Positions 58,437-64,000 of a DNA stretch of 64,000 bases are shown in pieces (the stretch's first letter is position 1; every line of letters starts with the position of its first letter). This DNA comes from the human T2T-CHM13v2.0 reference genome, Homo sapiens: NCBI RefSeq assembly GCF_009914755.1, contig NC_060933.1; one strand, written 5' to 3'. Position numbers and translations under genes: made by a program. The notes beneath the pieces were generated by a model, which saw only the letters and a program-made list of their open reading frames with translations, did not search any database and was not told where the DNA came from.

Positions 58437-61400
58437 ATGATTGAAGTGGTAGCAGAGCTCAGCCGGGGTCCTGTATTTTTGGCTGGGGAGGCGCTGGAGT
58501 GTGTAGTGACCGTCACCAACCCCCTTCCGCCCACGGCCACTTCTGCATCCAGGTGGGGATGCTGGCACTGAAGGTGGTGGCCCTTCTGGGAAGAAGCCAG
58601 ATTATCTCTGGGGCTGAGGCAGAGCTCAGGTTGTCCTGTAGCGACACCACCTCCTCTTGCTCACTGTGCTGTCATTGTAGGAGAGGGCTCTTTAACAGAA
58701 GATGTGGATGACATAGCTGTACGCTTTCCTTCCCCTCCCCCGTTCCCCTTTTTACGCACAGTCTGCTACTCTTTATTTAATGGTTTCTCTTTGGGATTGT
58801 GGATTTCCTGATCACTAGGACAGCCATCTAACCTTGTTGGTTAAGATGGTGTGATAGGGAGCTTGGGAAAGCATTTGTGAGGTCAGGAACTACCTCTGAT
58901 GCCTCCTTTTCCTTTTCCCACAGTGAGGCCCTGGCCTGGGCCAGTGCCCAAATCCACTGCCAGTTCCATGCCAGTGAGAGTCGAGTAGCACTGCCTCCTC
59001 CTGACTCTAGTCAGCCAGATGTCCAGCCCGACAGCCAGACTGTCTTTCTGCCACACCGAGGTTAGAGAGGGGCATTTGCCTGGGAGAGGGGGGGTGCGGA
59101 GGGTGTGTGTGGAGGCATTGTCACCCATGGGTGAAGTTGTTAATTGTTCTTGTTCTTATAGTCCCTGTCATGCTGGGGATGTTGGGGAGCATGACTATTG
59201 CTTTAGGGGTAGAAGACTATTCCCATTTCACAGCAGGGACGGAGGGCCTGGCAGCCTTTCACTATCTCCACTTGCCGTGCTAGTCTTGTTCAGTACTGGA
59301 CAATGGGTCATTAAATTAGTCATTTTTACCTTTTTCAGGTGAGAGGGGCCAGTGTATCCTTTCTACTCCACCGAAAATTCTATTCTGTGACCTGAGGCTT
59401 GATCCTGGAGAGTCCAAATCATGTGAGTGATTGTCCCCATCCCTGAATTGCCTTCTAAGTCTCCTGGAGGGAGGACTCCTCTGGTGCCTCTGGCTGTCCT
59501 GACAACTACTTCCCAACCAGACTCCTACAGTGAAGTGCTGCCCATAGAGGGACCACCCTCCTTTCGGGGTCAGTCAGTCAAGTACGTCTACAAACTGACC
59601 ATTGGCTGCCAGCGTGTCAACTCCCCTATCACTTTACTCAGAGTCCCTCTGAGGGTTCTTGTGCTGACTGGTAAGCAAGGGCTCCTGGAGGGAAGGGCTG
59701 GGGAAGGGCGATGCCAAAGCAGAAATTGTCTTAGAGGGCTTGCAAGAGGGACTGCAGGGAAACTTCCTGGTCTCAGTGACAGTGCTAGGGAGTTGGGAAG
59801 GGAGGGAGGGTTCTGGAGATAGAGATGTAAACCTCAGCCCTGGCACCCCTTACCTTTAGCCATCTCATGTTAGAATCTAAAACCCTAACCTCTACTCTCA
59901 TCTCCGTTCCCTCTCAGCATTACCTCTCCACTCATTCTTTCTCTAGGCCTTCAGGATGTCCGGTTTCCCCAGGATGAGGCTGTAGCCCCATCCAGTCCAT
60001 TCTTGGAGGAGGATGAAGGTGGGAAGAAAGATTCATGGCTAGCTGAGCTGGCTGGGGAACGCCTAATGGCTGCCACATCCTGCCGCAGCCTCCGTGAGAA
60101 TTCTTTCAGAATTGTCCTACCCCATCCTTCCCCTCATTGTTTTCCCATCTCAGAGACAGTCTCCTAACCACCACACACTTCTGTGGATCCACTGATACCT
60201 GACACCTCCAATTTTAAAGAAAAGCCCCATCTTTTGGCCTGTGGTGCCCAGTCCTAGACGTTATCCAGTATGTAGACTCCAGGCTTATAGTGTCCTATTC
60301 TCCCCAGATCTATACAATATCAGTGATGGCCGAGGGAAAGTTGGGACGTTTGGCATCTTCAAATCTGTGTACAGACTTGGCGAGGACGTGGTGGGGACCT
60401 TAAACTTAGGGGAAGGAACCGTAGCTTGTTTGCAGGTAAGAAGGGAGCAGAGCTTCTTACCTGCTGGGGTGCTGGGGTTGAAGGGCTAGGGTGGAAGGCC
60501 TGTATAAAGAGGGGTGGCATGTAGAAGGGGATAGTGGGGTCATCCAGGGTCCCTTTGTAAAACAGCTTGAGGTTGGGCTGTCCTCTCACCTACAGACAGC
60601 ACTTCCTGTTAGCACACACCTGTCTCTTGCTCCCAGTTTTCAGTCAGCTTACAGACCGAGGAGCGTGTACAGCCTGAGTACCAGCGGCGACGTGGGGCAG
60701 GGGGTGTCCCCTCTGTGTCACATGTGACTCACGCCCGGCACCAGGAATCCTGCCTACATACAACTAGAACCAGCTTCTCCCTCCCAATCCCTCTCAGCTC
60801 CACCCCAGGCTTCTGTACAGCCATTGGTGAGACCCTCACTGTTACTGGAGAAGGGAGAGGGGGACAGTAAAATGCTGTGCTAAGGGAGGGTGTAATGGAT
60901 CCTGATTCCTTATACACACTCCCAGACATACCCACGTCTAGCCTCTGACCCGGAACAGTTTCTCAGACCTTCAACCTCTTCCTGTTTCTTAGATGCACTG
61001 ACCCCTAAACTCCTAACAGCTTGATAGAACTCCTTCCCCACACCTACCTACTAGGACCCTGTGATACACTGATTTTTGATTACTTCATGCTACCTAGACT
61101 TGACTGCCTCACTCTTAGGTTATTAGGTACTTAATACTGCTATCTTCAGCTCACATCTGTGGTAGTACCCATTGCTTCAGAAAAACCCTTAATCACAGCT
61201 CCCTGCCCTGTGACTTTTCCCTGTCTTCCTGAACACAGATTGTTTTCTTCTCATTCACTAACTATATCCTGTCATTGGCTTTTACTCCTGCTAGCTTCTG
61301 ATGCTTCTACCTTAATCTTTTTCTTCCATAGTGTCCTTGAAGTGGAGATTGCATTTTGAATTTGTAACGTCCCGAGAACCAGGATTGGTACTCCTACCCC

Positions 61401-61555
61401 CTGTGGAACAGCCCGAACCTACCACCTGGACAGGACCTGAGCAAGTACCTGTAGACACCTTCAGCTGGGACCTGCCCATCAAGGTGCTGCCTACTAGCCC
61501 CACCCTGGCCTCATATGCTGCCCCAGGCCCCAGCACCAGCACCATAACCATCTGA
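58437..61555 (+). CDS. RGP1: RGP1, RAB6A GEF complex partner (RIC1-RGP1), 391 aa
   Basis: Non-coding exon 1 ends at 58089 and exon 2 starts at 58418. Coding exons 58437-58552, 58924-59060, 59339-59422, 59521-59670, 59947-60093, 60308-60435, 60637-60826 and 61332-61555 sum to 1176 nt. Start [18 protein letters not shown]; C-terminal [10 protein letters not shown] and WDLPIKVLP motifs. Confidence 0.97.
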
Positions 61556-61780
61556 AACTGGCCCACCCTGGTGCTAGTTCCTTCCGGATACTGAGAACTC
61601 AGCACCTGGACTCTAATGGGACCCACTTTTTCCACCTGGGGTCCAATGTCGTGGACAGTGAGAGTCGGGCTTTCAGCTATAGCATTAATTTATTTGTTCA
61701 GAATACATTGGCAGCTGCTAGTGGTTTCCCTGGAAGTGGCAGCAGCAGTGAGCAGTCAGCAGATGGATGATCAGTTGAGT

Positions 61781-62810
61781 TTAGCTGGAGTGGGGAGCAG
61801 GAGCCCCAGGAACAGGGGTGTTGGCTGAGCCCCATTCTGGGTCAGGCCCTCCCCCTTTGCAGGGCAGCCGAGGGTCAGATTTTTGCACCAAGGAGAACTG
61901 GCAGGTTCCTGCCTCCTGACGTACCTCACACCCAGCCGGGAAGTCGATGGGATGCTGGGACCTGGGGAACCAAGGATAGGGGAAGGAGTCAGCACAGTGA
62001 AAGGCTGCCTTTATCCCTGCCCACATGTTCCCTCTCTCACAGTTTTCCCCCCACAGAGCCCCTTTCAGTGGCCCCTTGGTCCTCCTAACTAAGCTGTCAC
62101 CTACCATATGTGGGCCTTTTTGTTTTATAACAGGAGTATTTTCTCTCCAGGTCCACCCCAACCTCCCCTGATTTATAGCCTGAAGCCTTATCTTTCACAC
62201 TAGTGTTGGTCCCTTCAGGTTTGGCCCATCTTGTATTGCTCTTCTGTTCATTCTTACATCACAGCAATCTAGTCACTCCCTGGTCATCCCTCAGTCACTC
62301 ATATCAGAGTCATTCTCTCTGGCCATCTTTGGTCACTCACGTGTCACAGCAGCCCACGCCAACAGGATGCAGACAGGTGCAATGGAAACAGTCCTTGCGG
62401 AGCCAAGACTCACCCAGGGTAAAATATTTCCCCTCATAGTGACAGGGGGCTAGGGAAGAACGGGAAATGTTAGTAGGTGTAGGAGTGCTGATGAGAGGCA
62501 GAGGCTCTTCTGGTCTGGGGTGGAGACAGTAAGTACGCACTATCCCCGTATTTAGTTTGTCTTTCCTGTTTCACAGCTGGAGGAAGCCTGGGTATTTTGA
62601 CACGGGATCATCTGTAAGGCCCCATCCTCCCTGTGCCCTCTCTGCTGCTCCTCCATTCCTAACGCTTCACCCCACTTTACCTTGAGCTTGGAAGTAGCAC
62701 TTGCTGTAGACTCCTGGGTGCTGGAGGAGTAGAGACATCACCAAGCAGATGATCCCCCAGCCTCCTAGGATCCCCTTGGCCTGTCCAGCCCAGAGCATCC
62801 TTAGGGCCAT
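61781..62810 (-). CDS. MSMP: Prostate-associated microseminoprotein (PSMP), 139 aa, secreted Cys-rich beta-microseminoprotein family
   Basis: Exons 62681-62810, 62341-62449 and 61781-61961 sum to 420 nt. [10 protein letters not shown]...signal peptide, then [14 protein letters not shown]...CFHCTC...GCCDT. Poly(A) signal AATAAA (-) at 61689-61694. Confidence 0.96.
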
Positions 62811-62978
62811 TGCTGCTGCACAGCCCTCTCAGACCCTTCTTGGCCTCTGCTCAGCTACTCTGGTCTTGACTCCTTGACTTTGCTTTGCGTTGCTCCTTGA
62901 GTCTTAGTTTCTGTCTTTCTCCCCTGGGCTCCTGTCTCACACTATCTCCCTGCCCTCTGCTCTCACAGGCTGGGGATG

Positions 62979-62986
62979 TTTATAAA
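62979..62986 (-). promoter_or_regulatory. Probable MSMP TATA box
   Basis: Palindromic TTTATAAA ~170 nt upstream of the MSMP ATG. Confidence 0.6.
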
Positions 62987-63764
62987 GTGAGGACCCTGGC
63001 CCCCTGCTGAGTAGAGCTGGAAAAGTTGTAACTCTGTTTCCTGAGGTGAGGGCATGAAAACAAGAGGTCTAGCTTTAACAAGCTGTGAGAGCTGATTCAT
63101 GCCCCGGCACAGCTAGAGGGAGGGAGGTGGCCATGGAGGGGGCACTGGACTGGGCACTTCCCCAGCAAGGAGGCAGGAGGGGCGAGGGCCCCCAGGTGGT
63201 CCCCAGATCTCTTCCCTGACCTGGAGAGAAGGAAGCATTCCACCTTCCCCCTTTCTCCCCCACTGCCACCACCAGGGGTGTGTATGCTGGGATCCCTGCC
63301 TGGACCGGAGGGAGGCATTTCCTGGGGATGGTTAATCCTGTGCCCCAGCCAAACCCAGGAGCTGCAATAGGGTGCGACGGCCAGAAGCTCCAGGAGAGTG
63401 AGCAGGCACCTGGAGTGGAGACTGTGTTTCCCTCAGATCCTAGGGCAGGGTTTCCCTAATGTATCCAAGAAATAGGGCTGCCCCTCAGAGATGGTGGGGA
63501 GGGTCTCTTTTCCTCAGGCATTCCAGAGGTGAACTGTCCATTGCTTATCACCTTCAAACATACAGCAGATGTGGGATCACCCCACATCTGGGGATGGTTC
63601 TTTCCCCTTTCAAAGAGGAGCATCTCTAAGTGCCCTGATGGGATGAATCACTCCAGGTTCACAGAGGTGTCCTCTCTTTCCTCCCATATATAATGGAGTG
63701 AGGTTTTTAGGAATTTATCATTTGGCATCCTCTGAGTTTCCCACAGGTTCTGGAGGAGCCCAGG

Positions 63765-63990
63765 ATGGATTATTGAGAGCATGGGCTGTAGAGACAGTCT
63801 TCTTGGATTCAGATCCTGACTCCACTTAGCTATGTAACCTGGTCAGATTACTTCACCTCTCTGAGCCTGTTTCCTCATCTATAAATTGGGGATAGTAATG
63901 CCAACTCATTGGGCTGTTATGAGGATTACTGAGATAATGCGTGCAGTGCTCTTATCACCATCTCTGGTGCGTAAGCGTCAGGAAATAGCA
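63765..63990 (+). mobile_element. MIR
   Basis: cttcacctctctgagcctgtttcctcatctataaattggggatagtaat core. Confidence 0.8.
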
Positions 63991-64000
63991 GTTGCTGTGA

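Overview
Human genomic DNA (Alu-rich) matching the 9p13.3 cluster TLN1(-)/CREB3(+)/GBA2(-)/RGP1(+)/MSMP(-). I traced every coding exon by hand through its splice sites, and all five CDSs are intact: TLN1 2541 aa, CREB3 371 aa, GBA2 927 aa, RGP1 391 aa, MSMP 139 aa. The genes are packed with almost no intergenic space. There are two CpG-island bidirectional promoters (TLN1/CREB3 and GBA2/RGP1), overlapping 3' ends (CREB3/GBA2), and MSMP lies antisense just downstream of the RGP1 stop. Two tailed mirtrons are present (MIR6852, MIR6853). The first ~5.5 kb is a fossil hAT-Charlie1 transposon broken up by Alus. No wholly new biological system is evident. The most interesting unexplained signals are: (1) a candidate 3-nt microexon (AG|CCG|GTGAGT, with a UGC motif upstream and UGCAUG downstream) in TLN1 intron 50; (2) a ~130-bp copy of a TLN1 3' splice-site region pasted inside an Alu 1.2 kb away; (3) the known cassette exon 17b plus a neighbouring candidate poison exon; (4) uORFs in CREB3, GBA2 and RGP1; (5) a CArG/TEAD/AP-1 cluster and opposed telomere-like tracts in TLN1 intron 1.
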